From assembly GCA_964016885.1 (NCBI GenBank), contig OZ024740.1:92194001-92258000 (forward strand): a stretch of DNA of 64,000 bases. Direction: 5' to 3'. The notes below the pieces were generated by a model. The model had not been told where the DNA came from. It searched no databases and was given only the letters and a program-made list of their open reading frames with translations. The DNA is from Eledone cirrhosa (taxonomy: Eukaryota). The position numbers and the translations under genes were made by a program. Of the stretch, positions 1 through 12,500 are shown piece by piece (the stretch's first letter is position 1; each line of letters begins with the position of its first letter).

Positions 1-16
1 TATATATATAAATATA

Positions 17-100
<84 letters not shown>
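1..100. repeat. (TA)n microsatellite, one of many (TA)n/(CA)n tracts in 1-5.7 kb and 43.8-64 kb
   Basis: Dinucleotide repeat read directly; such tracts generate the YIYI/CVCV pseudo-ORFs in the track. Confidence 0.98.
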
Positions 101-101
<1 letters not shown>

Positions 102-102
<1 letters not shown>

Positions 103-403
103 TAGGAACGAGTAGGACCCCTACGGCTGAGCTCAAGCCGTTTCGACGGCTAATTCCAGAATTAGCCGTCGAAACGGCTTGAGCTCAGCCGTCTGGGTCC
201 TACTCGTTCCTATTACCCACTCTACTACCCTAAGTATTGAGTACTTTGGTGCGTTATGGTCCACCTGGTTCCTTACCATATTAAAATAACAGATTCAAGA
301 TTAAGCGAAGATTCGCTGCTTTCATCCTAAATCGGATCTTCTGAGACTAAAAAAATCAATCCGTGAAAGCTTAAATAAATATTTCGAAAAACGTTACACA
401 CTC
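102..403 (+). mobile_element. PLE terminal (pseudo-LTR) fragment with fold-back palindrome and the 3' half of a hammerhead ribozyme
   Basis: 55-bp inverted arms 102-156 and 159-213; GAAAC-GGCT-TGAGCTC-AGCC-GTC matches HHR stem III plus cleavage triplet; flanked by (TA)n; related fragments near 49820-49870 and 63360-63403. Confidence 0.65.
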
Positions 404-706
404 TATATATATACACACACTATATATACATATATATACACACACACACAGATAGTTTCATAATGTCATAATGCAGACAACAGACATACAGACAGATATT
501 ATTAGGGCACGACGTTGTAGCTATGTATCTATCTAAAAAGACATACTAAGAAAGACAGAGAGAGATCGCTAACCCTAGGGCGAGGAAAATACGAAATATA
601 TTTTGCTCAAAAGACTCACACTACCATAAGTAATACATGTGTAAAGTTTGAAAAACATTGGTTGCGTGGATTTTGAGTTCTAGGGAATCAAACAGACAGA
701 CATTCT

Positions 707-1210
<504 letters not shown>

Positions 1211-1261
1211 AAACGTTTATACCTCATTACACAATGCTTCAAGCGAACTATAACTTCCCCC

Positions 1262-1321
<60 letters not shown>

Positions 1322-1525
1322 AAGTTGAAAAAAATGAAAACGAAATTTCATTTCTCACTCTTAGTATGGCACTTACTTAAATGTAAGTATGTATGTATAC
1401 GTACATACATATATGTATACATACGTACAGGCTGTTCGGTTTGTTGACAAACAAACGAACAAAGCGGCGTTATAATAAACGTCGGCTAAACTGATGCGTG
1501 CATATATGTATGTGTACCTGTATGC

Positions 1526-1578
<53 letters not shown>

Positions 1579-1628
1579 TGCTACTGTACGTCTGTATACA
1601 TATATGTATGTATGTATACATACATACT

Positions 1629-1684
<56 letters not shown>

Positions 1685-3291
1685 ATTATGAATACGAAGT
1701 AGCCTCCGAATCTCTCGAGTTTCAAGATCGTCAGACAAGACTATTAGTTTCAATAAAAGAGACAATATGAATATGGAAGGACTCAAGTGTTAGAGGAATG
1801 GTGGGTGGATAGGATTTTTGGAAGGTGTGTGTGAGGAGTTAGAGTAAGTTGTTTTGGAAATTGAAAGGCGAATAAAATGGAAACTGCAAGAGAGAAAAGA
1901 AATGGGTGTACAATGCATGTGTGATGATGATGATGATGAAACATATTTTTATAGATGTGTCGGGAGGAGAGGCACGCTATGATAAGAGAAGGAAAACACT
2001 TTGAAAATAAGGAAGGTATGAAAAATAATATATTATTTCGCTCTAAATAATACTTTAAAGCAATATCGGCATTATACACTTGTCTACATAAAAGACCCAA
2101 TATAGTAGAAACTGTGATTCATATATCGATGCATGTTAATCAAAGACGCCCGTCTTGATATAATATAAATCACTGATAGTGGATAAGTATTAATTTAATG
2201 TTTTATTGATCAATTTGATATCAGCTGCGTTAAGCTGTATGACCACACGGGCTTGTATTTACAATATGTCGAAAAATAAATAGCTAGAAGCTAAATATAA
2301 ATCAGTTCAATACGACGGATGACTATTTTAACTGGAAAATGTCAACTTTATATTAAACTAGCTGAGGTACCTAGCTTCGCCAAATGATAAGACAAATGAT
2401 AAGACAAGACCGCCAGAAGAGAAAATATCTGTATTGAATGCATTGTCTTGTTTACAGTGTCTGTGTATTGTGTGTGCGTGTGTGTGTGTGTCTTTCTGTG
2501 TGTTTGTGTATATCTATGTGTGTGTATATATATACATATATATATATAAATATATATATATGTGTGTGTGTGTGTGTATGTGTGTGTGCCTGTGTGAGTG
2601 TTCGTGTGTGTGTGTGTGGGTGTGTGTAAACCACCGTTGGAATCGGAGACATAGGCCGCGAAACACGATTATCACTGACGACGAACTCACAGAGAAAATC
2701 CCTTATGGTTGATTCCCAACCTGTTAGAGATAGCAGTCAGCTTGGTTAGCATACGTGGTATGTCTTTCTTCTTCTTTGGTGTTATAAAATTAGTATCAAT
2801 AAACCTTCCTGGATATACTCTTATCCCAGTCCTGTACATACTTTTCGATTGTCACTTTCCGTTCTTTTTTTCGTGTGATACGCGAAGAAACCAACCAACA
2901 AACATCTCTCTTTTATATCTCTTTTATTTGTCCATTCAAAATATTTTTCAGTTAATTCTGTCGTACAATATACATCAGCAATCGTTATCTAATGTTTAAA
3001 ACATATGAATAGCCGCCATATATGCACCATATCAATAAAAAACGATACGAATACCATACTAAAGCGCCAGTAAGCTTGTTAAGAACTTGCAGATAGAAAC
3101 GTTAATAAATACATTTGGCTTGGGTAAACTTTAAGATGTTCTTTCATTATAGGTTTCTTTTCTCAGCCAGTACCTTAAGGAAAATTGATTGTTACAACAA
3201 TAAAGGTTGAACAGAGAACACATTTTTTAACAAACTTTACAATAATTTGTACAACCATAATGGAATTTCCAAGTAACAGAAAATACATAAA

Positions 3292-3620
3292 TTACATTGT
3301 TAGAGCCTTAGAGTATACAATCTTTTTTTGTTCGGCCCTCGAGAGCAAAGATGAGAAGATTGTTTGGCGAGCTAAACCTATAGCATCCTACATACAATTG
3401 ACCATGGTTTTCCCATATGAAGGCCAGCCACTTTTAGAGTTTGACCCTGAGTTTGTTGATGGTAATCGCGAAGCTTAGTCTCTCTGTTGCTCTAGTAAAA
3501 TTGCTTCTTCTGTAAAATCTGATCGTGGGCCTGGCTAGGACATTTTGTGTGGCATAACGGCAGTAACAATCACGATAAGCCGTTCCTGCTTTCGTGAAAT
3601 AAATACGTTTGATTATATTT
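3292..3620 (-). pseudogene. Helitron RepHel PIF1-like helicase, C-terminal fragment (frameshifted)
   Basis: Across frames reads RLSFAITINK / QGQTLKVAGL / HGQLYVGCYR / NLLIFALEGRTKKIVYSKALTM*, matching PIF1 motifs V-VI and the typical Helitron C-terminus. Confidence 0.85.
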
Positions 3621-3651
3621 TGTTCTTGTTTATGCAAAATTATGTTTATAC

Positions 3652-3736
<85 letters not shown>

Positions 3737-3739
<3 letters not shown>

Positions 3740-4348
3740 CACAAGAATCAAAGCTATGTTCAAAGCATTTATTCACTTACAATTGTTTCATCCAAACCTA
3801 GGCTAGATGTCTTCGGAATATAACAGTACCCTACCACTACAACCACCATAATACTCTTGCTTACCCGCTTAAAGTGCTTGCATTACATGTAACACCTTGC
3901 TACACAATAATCGTATATAAATGAGACACACTTGCATGCTCCATGTGTAACTAACGCTATATCTGACTATCACACTATCCTCTTGCATTATCTGTGTTAT
4001 CTGCCGAATGTATTTTAATTTTGATTTAGATTTTGATTTTGATTTTGAATTTGAATCGCTGTACAAAGATAGTATAGTATAATATATGTCACTCCACTGT
4101 ACATCAATATATATATATGTAAGTGTATGTCTCTTGCGTTGGATAGGAGGTCAATTATATATACAAACATTGTAAAATGCTCCGAAAACTCCAAGGCTAG
4201 GTTTGGATGAAACAATTGTAAGTGAATAAATGCTTTGAACATAGCTTTGATTCTTGTGAATTCTATATAACTGCTCTGTAGACCAACTGATGTTATCACA
4301 TTGAGCTATTTATATTACTGGTAATAAGGTAGTAATAAATTACTGACC
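3737..4348 (+). mobile_element. PLE family Y terminal region with inverted partial copy and minimal HHR
   Basis: 3737-3820 is an inverted copy of about 4180-4263; TGCT-CCGAAAA-stem-GAAAC-AATT-GTA-AGTG at 4178-4224; homologous to 45100-45660. Confidence 0.7.
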
Positions 4349-4421
4349 TTCACTGTTTAGGGTTTAAAATACACATAACAATAAAAAGTTTAAAATATAC
4401 ATAACCATAAATAGTATCCTG

Positions 4422-4501
<80 letters not shown>

Positions 4502-4715
4502 AAAATTGCAAACTTGACTGTAACCACAGAATTTGAACCTGAAGATTGAGAAAGCATGAAAGTACTTGTTTTATTAACACTTGACATTTAACATTTTACC
4601 ATACTATTTCATTATATCATTATAATTTTAAAGGATTGTAAATAAAACGAGTAAATCAGATAAAGCTGCAATTCCTTTTATTAATATAATCTTCTATACA
4701 CAATCATATACACCC

Positions 4716-4778
<63 letters not shown>

Positions 4779-5525
4779 CATAACATATTAAAATTTAAGC
4801 AAAGAATCGGTGTTTTCAGCCTTAACGGGATCTTTGAACGCAGAAGTATGTATGTGGAAAAACGTTGCAACCAAATGAAAACAGGAAGATGATACTTTGG
4901 TTCGTGAAGACATTAGGAATGTCGTATAACCGGAAGTGTTGACATTTGAAAAGGTTAAAGAAGTGAATATTTAAATAATGTTTTTAATCTTTTAACAAAC
5001 TTGAGTAGACAAACATACCCTCACTCTCTTACCTGGAAAAAGGTACATATATGGTGCAAATTTGTTGCCGTTTGTTCCAGCCGCTTGGCGGAAGATGTGT
5101 TACTTACATACAGCCGTGAGCTTTATAGTATAGATGGTGAAGAATAAACGTTACCACTGTCGTAATTATCTAAACGTTTCCGGAAATGTACTTTTTATCT
5201 ATAATATTTATCAAAGTAGTACTAGACGGTATAGTCATTCATCCAAATGACAAACTATAATCATAGAAATAATGTGTTGTGAGTCCCGCTATTCAATAGG
5301 GATGGTGGTAAAGCTAATGTACATCTTTTGTTATTTAACATTGTAGATGCGAGGAATGTGTGCATAGTTTGGCTATTTGGTAAATGAAACATTGAAATGT
5401 ATTTAAAAATGACCAGGCATCGTTAACAGAGTAGTTATCGGACATTTACAGTAAAAAATGGGTTTAGATAGCTTACACATGTTCACATACATATATGAGG
5501 GAATCAAAACCACACTCAAATACAC

Positions 5526-5563
<38 letters not shown>

Positions 5564-5592
5564 ATACACCCACAGACACACTCACACACACT

Positions 5593-5631
<39 letters not shown>

Positions 5632-6859
5632 GAATGTGTTATGTGTATGTGTATGTGAGCGTACATATTTTTGTGTATGGAATATCGCTCATTATATAGG
5701 AGTGAATTGTAGTCTCTCGTTATTGATAATTATTTGTAATTATAAAAAATAGGACTGCTTAGTAAAAGGAAAGCACAATGCCGGAATACAATGTGTTAGT
5801 GATGTCAGATGATGCAGAGCCTCGGTGAGTGAGCCGATCCACACTGTTTGCTGAAGGAATCAGTATTTCACAACCCGGCCGTGTGAATACAGAGAGGAAA
5901 TGGTCTATGTGTAAAAGGCAACAAATTGAGTTGCATGCAATTTCATTATCCACGATTCAGCACTGCTCTACTATATGTTCAAACATATACACATATCCTC
6001 TGCTGAAAATCCCTGTTAGTCAAATACAATGTGGCATACATGCGTGGTGCACAGCTTCGATCCTGAGTTTGTTTTTGGTGATATTCGATGGCAGCTTAAA
6101 GACATATCAGAATTCGTTGATATTTAATAGTGTTGCGATCCATGCGTTGACTTGAAGTTTGCCCAGATGGAGTGTTACATTAGCAGAAAGCTTTCGTTGC
6201 TAACGGTGTAGAGTAATTTGTAACGCTGCATAGTGTTATGGGCATGTAGATTAATTAAAGTTTTGCAGAGATTAGGGTGCCAAGAAGGCTGGATAAAGTG
6301 TGAATCTCTCTAGCTATGTAACTGAAATTTCAAACAATTCAACTCTTTGAGGGAAAATCAATGGGAAACACATAGTAATAGTGATCGAATATAGTAAATG
6401 AAGGAAGAGAAATGTGAATAGCAAATATAGATTTTTAGAAAGCTTGCGATATGTTGCTCCTCTTGGGGAATCTTTAAATAGTTGGAATATTGTAAAGAAA
6501 TTACTGAAATTTAGCATGAAGGATTGGAGAATTAATTCATACTCATAGCACAGGATCCCACACACACTTTTATAAACTGTGGCATTTTTAGCAAAAATTC
6601 CTTTTCTCTGTTGTTATTTCCCTTTTATGTTGGATGACATGCACTCACTTTCCAGGTGCCACGCTGCGGTCCCATTACTATTTCTTGGTTAATTTACGCT
6701 CCTATCACCACCTACAAGTCCATTATGGAGGCGTGGATTACAACGATGTGTTGGTGCGTGTCACAACTACGGTGATGTCGTCAGTATACAAATTGATATT
6801 TGCATGGGATGCCTGTAAACGCCTCCAATTTGTTCAGTATTGTCTCTTCAATCAGTCGA

Positions 6860-7135
6860 TAATTGCTGTGGATAAACTGGACATGAAAAATGCCTTCAAC
6901 CGCATTAGGCAGGATCATGTTCTGGAGACATGTCTCAGACAAGCACCCTCCATTTACCCTCTCACAAAACTCTCGTATGGAGGATGGCGCTTACACTTGG
7001 CCACTGACAACTGTGTAACTTCTGCTAAGGGTGTCCTGCAAGGAGACCTATTATACGCACTCCTCTTTCTACTGGCAGTCAACGACGTTGCACACTCGAT
7101 CCGGTCACCCTTCAACGTTTGGTATCGTGAGGGCG
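6860..7135 (+). pseudogene. CRE-clade non-LTR retrotransposon RT fragment
   Basis: KLDMKNAFNRIRQD...SAKGVLQGDLLYALLFLLA...SPFNVWY within ORF 6634-7302 resembles CRE RT motifs; truncated before the catalytic DD. Confidence 0.7.
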
Positions 7136-7639
7136 GTAGATGCCTTATTCGGTACACCACAAGTTTTTACACGTTCTCCGCCTCCAAATTAGTATACTTC
7201 GGCAACAATCTCCCATACTGCTGCTCACAATGTCAAGGAAACAAAGACAAATATATACTGGAGATTGTCCGGCTGCTTCCGTTTTGCACCAATAATCATT
7301 GAGTGCTATTTACGGTCTCTACACGCCTTATTTCTTTCACCAAAAGCCTTCGGATATTTGATTCCATATACAGTGCCCAAATGTTTACCATCGCTAACAA
7401 TGCCGGAATTCTGCACGATATATTGCGACTCTGAAATAACATGATTCGCTTAGCAGCCGATTGCTAGAGAAACCTTACAATTTGAAAACATATATATATA
7501 TATTAATTGGCATTAGGGCGGAAATATAATACATAATGCAAAGTAAAATGGACAGTGAGGATTTCCATTAAACCTGTATAAAAGAAATCTGAAACCAACA
7601 TTAAACGAATCAGAACAAAATTCCCCAATAAGAACGAAT

Positions 7640-9100
7640 ATCAGTTGAGGGAGCCATTTACCACTAGAATCTGTCCTTTCTTCGTCAAGAGGAAAAGAAA
7701 ATGCTGCAAACTAATGAGGTGCGGATCTTGACAAGAGACGTTGGTCATGTGGTAGAAGACATGCATGTTCCCCGCATCCACCTGACCTTTCAAGTATACC
7801 TGCCTCTCGCCCCATTTCTGGATAAGAGTGAGCACGTTACTCATCAAGGTTTTCCAGTCCTATCTACCTGGATGTTGGGATGAAACAAGACACCGAGCAA
7901 CGTGGTTTGTTCACCGATACAGCCTCCTACAACGTTCATGAACGGCATCTATTTGCTTATCCAAGTGGTGAGCTGCAAGCCTACCCCACTTATACGGGTT
8001 CACTTTTGCACCTGTCATGGTTGCATGTTCCTCTCAGATCATGCTGACCACCTCGATTACAACGTGGTCGAAACTATCATTGCCATGTCGTCTACTTATG
8101 CTTTCACAGTATTTTCACCTCATGATAAGAGCAAGAGGGCCCTTCAAATTGTCTAACTTCTAGAGTAATAGCTCAAGATTAAACACATCCAGATGGGATG
8201 TGTGAGGGCATCCTTGATTGCGTGATTTTAGACGGTTCCAATGTGTGGCCCTTTACTCTGACTACCGACTACATGCCGCTGAAACTGGCTGCCTTGAAGA
8301 CATTCTCTGTATGAGGTATAGCATACTCTTGATATGTTTGTGCATAGATCTGGTAGGAATTGGGCAAGTTAGTGATTCGCCTACCATACCTTTGATGACA
8401 AGCTTCAACCGCACTGCAAGCACCCTGGCTAAATTTTAAACTGTTTGTCGAGGCGAGGTAGGGACCGAAAAATCTCAGTAACGTATCCCTTGTAATCGCC
8501 TATCATCATCAGTCTAACTCACCACATCTTGCTGGATTGGCAATTCTCCGTTCTACGGCCATTTGAAGTAAACAGCTTTGGAGACATCAAAGATCAATTC
8601 TTCCATGATTCATTAAAACTCAGAAGGTAGACCATCCAAATCGGTCTACATGCTTTTCGTATAGTTGGTTCTGGCTTCCCGTTTCTCGACTCTTGTAATC
8701 GGCTATTCACAGCATGCCACTATCTTTGCCAAGTTATGCGGCCGGCCACAATATCTATTGCGCTACATTGCTCCGGAAACTTGTATAAAATGCTCCTGGA
8801 AAACCACTCATATCTGCTTTGAATCGCACATCATGAACCAGTTTCGGTGAGTCAAAGAACGCGTTATGAATATTTATTGCCTCACTGCGCATCTGACACT
8901 CAGTAGGATAGAACAGCTTTTGTTTCTATGTGTCTTGGAGAACGCGCCTTAGCTCTGACAATTAAAATATCATGTGATCACTTTGAAGAAATGGTTTAGT
9001 CCAATATTCCCAACTACGCCGTCGGTTGCAATGCCATTCTAAATTATCCATTATGGCGAACTTCCTGACTCACACTTTCCTATAGTTTACTACATATTTA
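7640..9100 (-). pseudogene. Old, heavily decayed Tx1-like ORF2 fragment related to the array family
   Basis: Minus-strand peptides VRAKAR, DLDGLPSEF, LARVLAVRLKLVIKGMVGESLTCPIP and TLIQKWGERQVYLKGQ align in order with ORF2 at 17989-21219. Confidence 0.75.
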
Positions 9101-9274
9101 CTAAAGTTTATTGATTATATTCCTACCACACTCTTGGAACGCACATCATAAACATATTGATAATAATGTTTGCTTTCTTTATTTATTTATTATATAATGG
9201 TTTCTTTATATAATGATAATAGTAACAGTGTAAGCAGCAACCTCAGTACTATTATTATTATTATTATTATTATA

Positions 9275-9456
9275 GTTGCATGTATCTTGCTTTATGTTCA
9301 TACGAGTTATCACCATGTCACAACCAGTGACCTCAAGAGACAACAAGGTCCGCTATGTTCAAGAAAGAACATACATACACACACATGTATCTTTAGGTGT
9401 TTAGACTTGTGATGTACTTATATTGACATAATCTTCCTTAGTATATGGGCAGTTGC

Positions 9457-9460
<4 letters not shown>
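9275..9460 (-). mobile_element. R4/Dong family A, 5'-truncated 3' end
   Basis: Matches 26641-26826 (last codons and 3' UTR); (TTA)n on both sides. Confidence 0.9.
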
Positions 9461-9526
<66 letters not shown>

Positions 9527-9532
9527 ATTATT

Positions 9533-12500
9533 GGCGACCTACGTAGTAAATCGTATCATCATGAGCTCCGCAAAGGTTTGTTATTTCCGTTTGTTAAAAA
9601 TTGCCATTTATGGAAAACATTTTATTGTTAACTATATATAAGCGCACATACATTGTTTTCCGAAAAGGACACCCAAAAAGATTGGGGCCTTGTGCACAAA
9701 ATTTAAACTTTTATCATTACCAAAAAATTTCTTTGAAAAAAAATGGCTAATTCACCGCTACAACAAGCAGCTGAAAGCCTTCCTCACAAATTAACACCTC
9801 ACACCGACACCACCATTGTAAATGTTACTACGTTTGCCAACACTAAAAAAAATATAAGCAGTAGCAATATTTTAAATTTGTCTCATGCAGACATTCATTT
9901 CCCGCCATTACCAATGAATGCAGGTGTTAAAGCCGCCACCACCACCACCGCCACAACCCCCCCCCCCCCACCACCACCGCTACAACAGAAACAAAAGGAA
10001 AAATAAATCAACTCGTGATATATTATTTTTCAACCAAAATGGACTCTCCCAAACCAAACTCCACTGACGTCACCACCACCACAACTTAAACTAAAATTAA
10101 TAATAACAAAAATAACGATAGCAACAACAACAACAATGATATTAAAAAAACCACACTGAATTTTGCCAGAGTAGCAAAACAGTGCGAAGCATTTATCGTA
10201 ACTCAGGAGGAATTATAAAATGGCCAAAAAAATGGTAAAGAAGGATGGGTACAGGGCCAGCCCCCCACCCACACACACACCTAATAAAATGGAGCATCGG
10301 CGCCTATGCACCGTGTCGTATCGAACAATAAATGTAAAATCGCGCCGAGTGGAACGGGCATCCGAGTCCCAAATCCAAAAAGCTTTGGGACATGTGTGGG
10401 CAACAAAAACCCACATCAGACGTGGGAAGAAGTATGGAACCATGGACGTGTTCTTTGAAACACCAGAGGAGGCTAGAGAACACTCCATGGCCCCATTAAG
10501 AAGTGACAACTTCACACTCGTCCCAAGCTATTGTGGCCAGAGACTCGTAAAGATCAGGGGTCCCACGTTCCACCGGCCATCGAAATTCCCTGGATAATAG
10601 CGGCCGTCCTCGCCGGCATCGAAGCCAACAAAAAGATAATAGCAATAGCAAAAGAAAAGCAGGAGAACTGGTCCGGATCTGGGATAGAGCTCCTGATCCG
10701 AGCGGACCAAAAAAGCATTGAGGAGATCCCAGATGTAATAGATCTCACTGACGGCAGCCACCTCACCGTAATTTTCGAAGGAAGAAGGCCTAGATGTGTC
10801 GTTTGTGGTGAAGGAACCCACCTAAGGGCTTTCTGCCCTCAGACTAAAAGGTTGAGGCCACCTCTCCTACCCACCCCAGTGACTCGACCATCAACACCAC
10901 CAGTAGCAGAGATGCCAGCAACAACTGTAGCAGCAACAACAGAAGCAACTATAACAGCAACAACCACAGCAACAGTAGCAAAACCAACACCACCACCACC
11001 CAACTCTTCAGAACTAGCACCAGCGCCTACACCATCCACCACGCCACAACCCAAACTAACGCCTGTGGAGGATTTTCCCCTCCCCGGCCTATCACAACTG
11101 GAGACAGATTGTGACGACGAGGAGTGGGAAATGGTATCAGAAAAAAAAAAGAAACCAAAAAAGTAAAAAATTCTCTTCCTTCCCCCTCCAAAAACAAAAT
11201 ACAGAGGGAAACAGATAAATTAACAAACAAATAAGTTAGGACAGATATGCCACCATCCACACCAGCATCTCCAACCACATCACCCCAAATACCAACACCA
11301 TCACCATCCTTACCCCCAACACCACCATCACTACACCACAAAAGTCACCAAAATGCGAAACAGAAACAAACCCACAATAAACTCAAACAAAACAAAACAC
11401 CCAAAACGATACACACTACACAGCATTAAATTTTAACAACAACCAATTATTACACTACATCCAACACATCACCACCATCACAGAAAAAGACTACACAACA
11501 ACCCAAAAATTCACACCACCTACACACATACAAATCACTCGCATCACACAGAAAACGTACATGACACTAAAACAAAAATTCCCCAAAGACATCGGATACT
11601 TCCGACAAGCACTCTCCAGGAGGATTTATAAGGACATCCTTCCTGAGGAGGGCACAAGCAGTGAAAAGGATGGAGAAACCGTCCTTCCTCTACGAGAAGT
11701 AAGGTAAGTGGTCTTTCCCATCTTTTCCACTCCATTTCAACATGACCTCACTCAGAATAGGCAGCATAAATGCGCGTGGCTTGGTGTCGTCATGGAAGCA
11801 GGGCCACCTGCTCAACGACCTCAGGTCACTAAACATAGATGTAGTGGCCATCAGCGAGACCAGAATCTCCGAAGCACGGGCCTTCGCACCGATCTTCGGC
11901 GGCTACGATGTGTACGCATCTCCCAGCCGTCCGGGATCGGGGGGAGGAGTTGCTCTGCTTTTCGGGGAGGTTTGGATCTTGCCATACGGGCCATCTTCCT
12001 GGACCCAGAAGGTAAGTTGGTGGACGTGACCAGCGGAGACGGGAAAGCTTTCACGCTAGTAGCCGTCTATGCCCCGACAGGAGCGGGGCGGCCTGATTTC
12101 TTCCGGCGTCTGGAGACCTTTCTTTGAATATCCCGCTTTTTAGCGTTAGTGGGCGACTGGAACGGGATCTTAGATGCATGCTGGGACTGTGTGGAATTAG
12201 CGGATAGGGGTGGAGGGTGCAAGAGCCTCACCAACCTGCTCAGGCGTTTTGAACTGTCTGACAGGTACCGATTGGATTTCCCGAATGTGCCAATGTGGAC
12301 TTGGACAAATCGCATAGGATCATCCAGATCATATCTAGATAGAGTATTTTGTTGAGAAATAGATAGGTCTCGCATAGGCTGTCCACAATTAAAGATAGTC
12401 AGCTACACGGACCACAAATTCGTGATCTGTGTACTTGACTTAGATAGGCTTCATAGACGAGGACCCGGCTACTGGAAGCTAAACGCGTCCTTACCATCGC

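Larger units (their letters stand above)
2358..5134 (-). mobile_element. Helitron remnant with nested microsatellites and a PLE fragment
   Basis: Minus-strand 5' end A|TCTATACTATAAAG at 5134; candidate 3' end GCGAAGC...CAGCTAG|T at 2358; internal helicase motifs; pairing of the two ends is inferred. Confidence 0.5.

Noticed and set aside
1695-1745. Minus-strand CTGACGA-TCTT-GAAAC-TCGA-G hammerhead-like motif
   Set aside because: There is no stem II and no NUH triplet or stem I; at best a decayed remnant.
5750-6600. Possible host exon (donor-like GTGAGT near 5825) or old transposon coding sequence
   Set aside because: No convincing acceptor, reading frame or recognisable motif.
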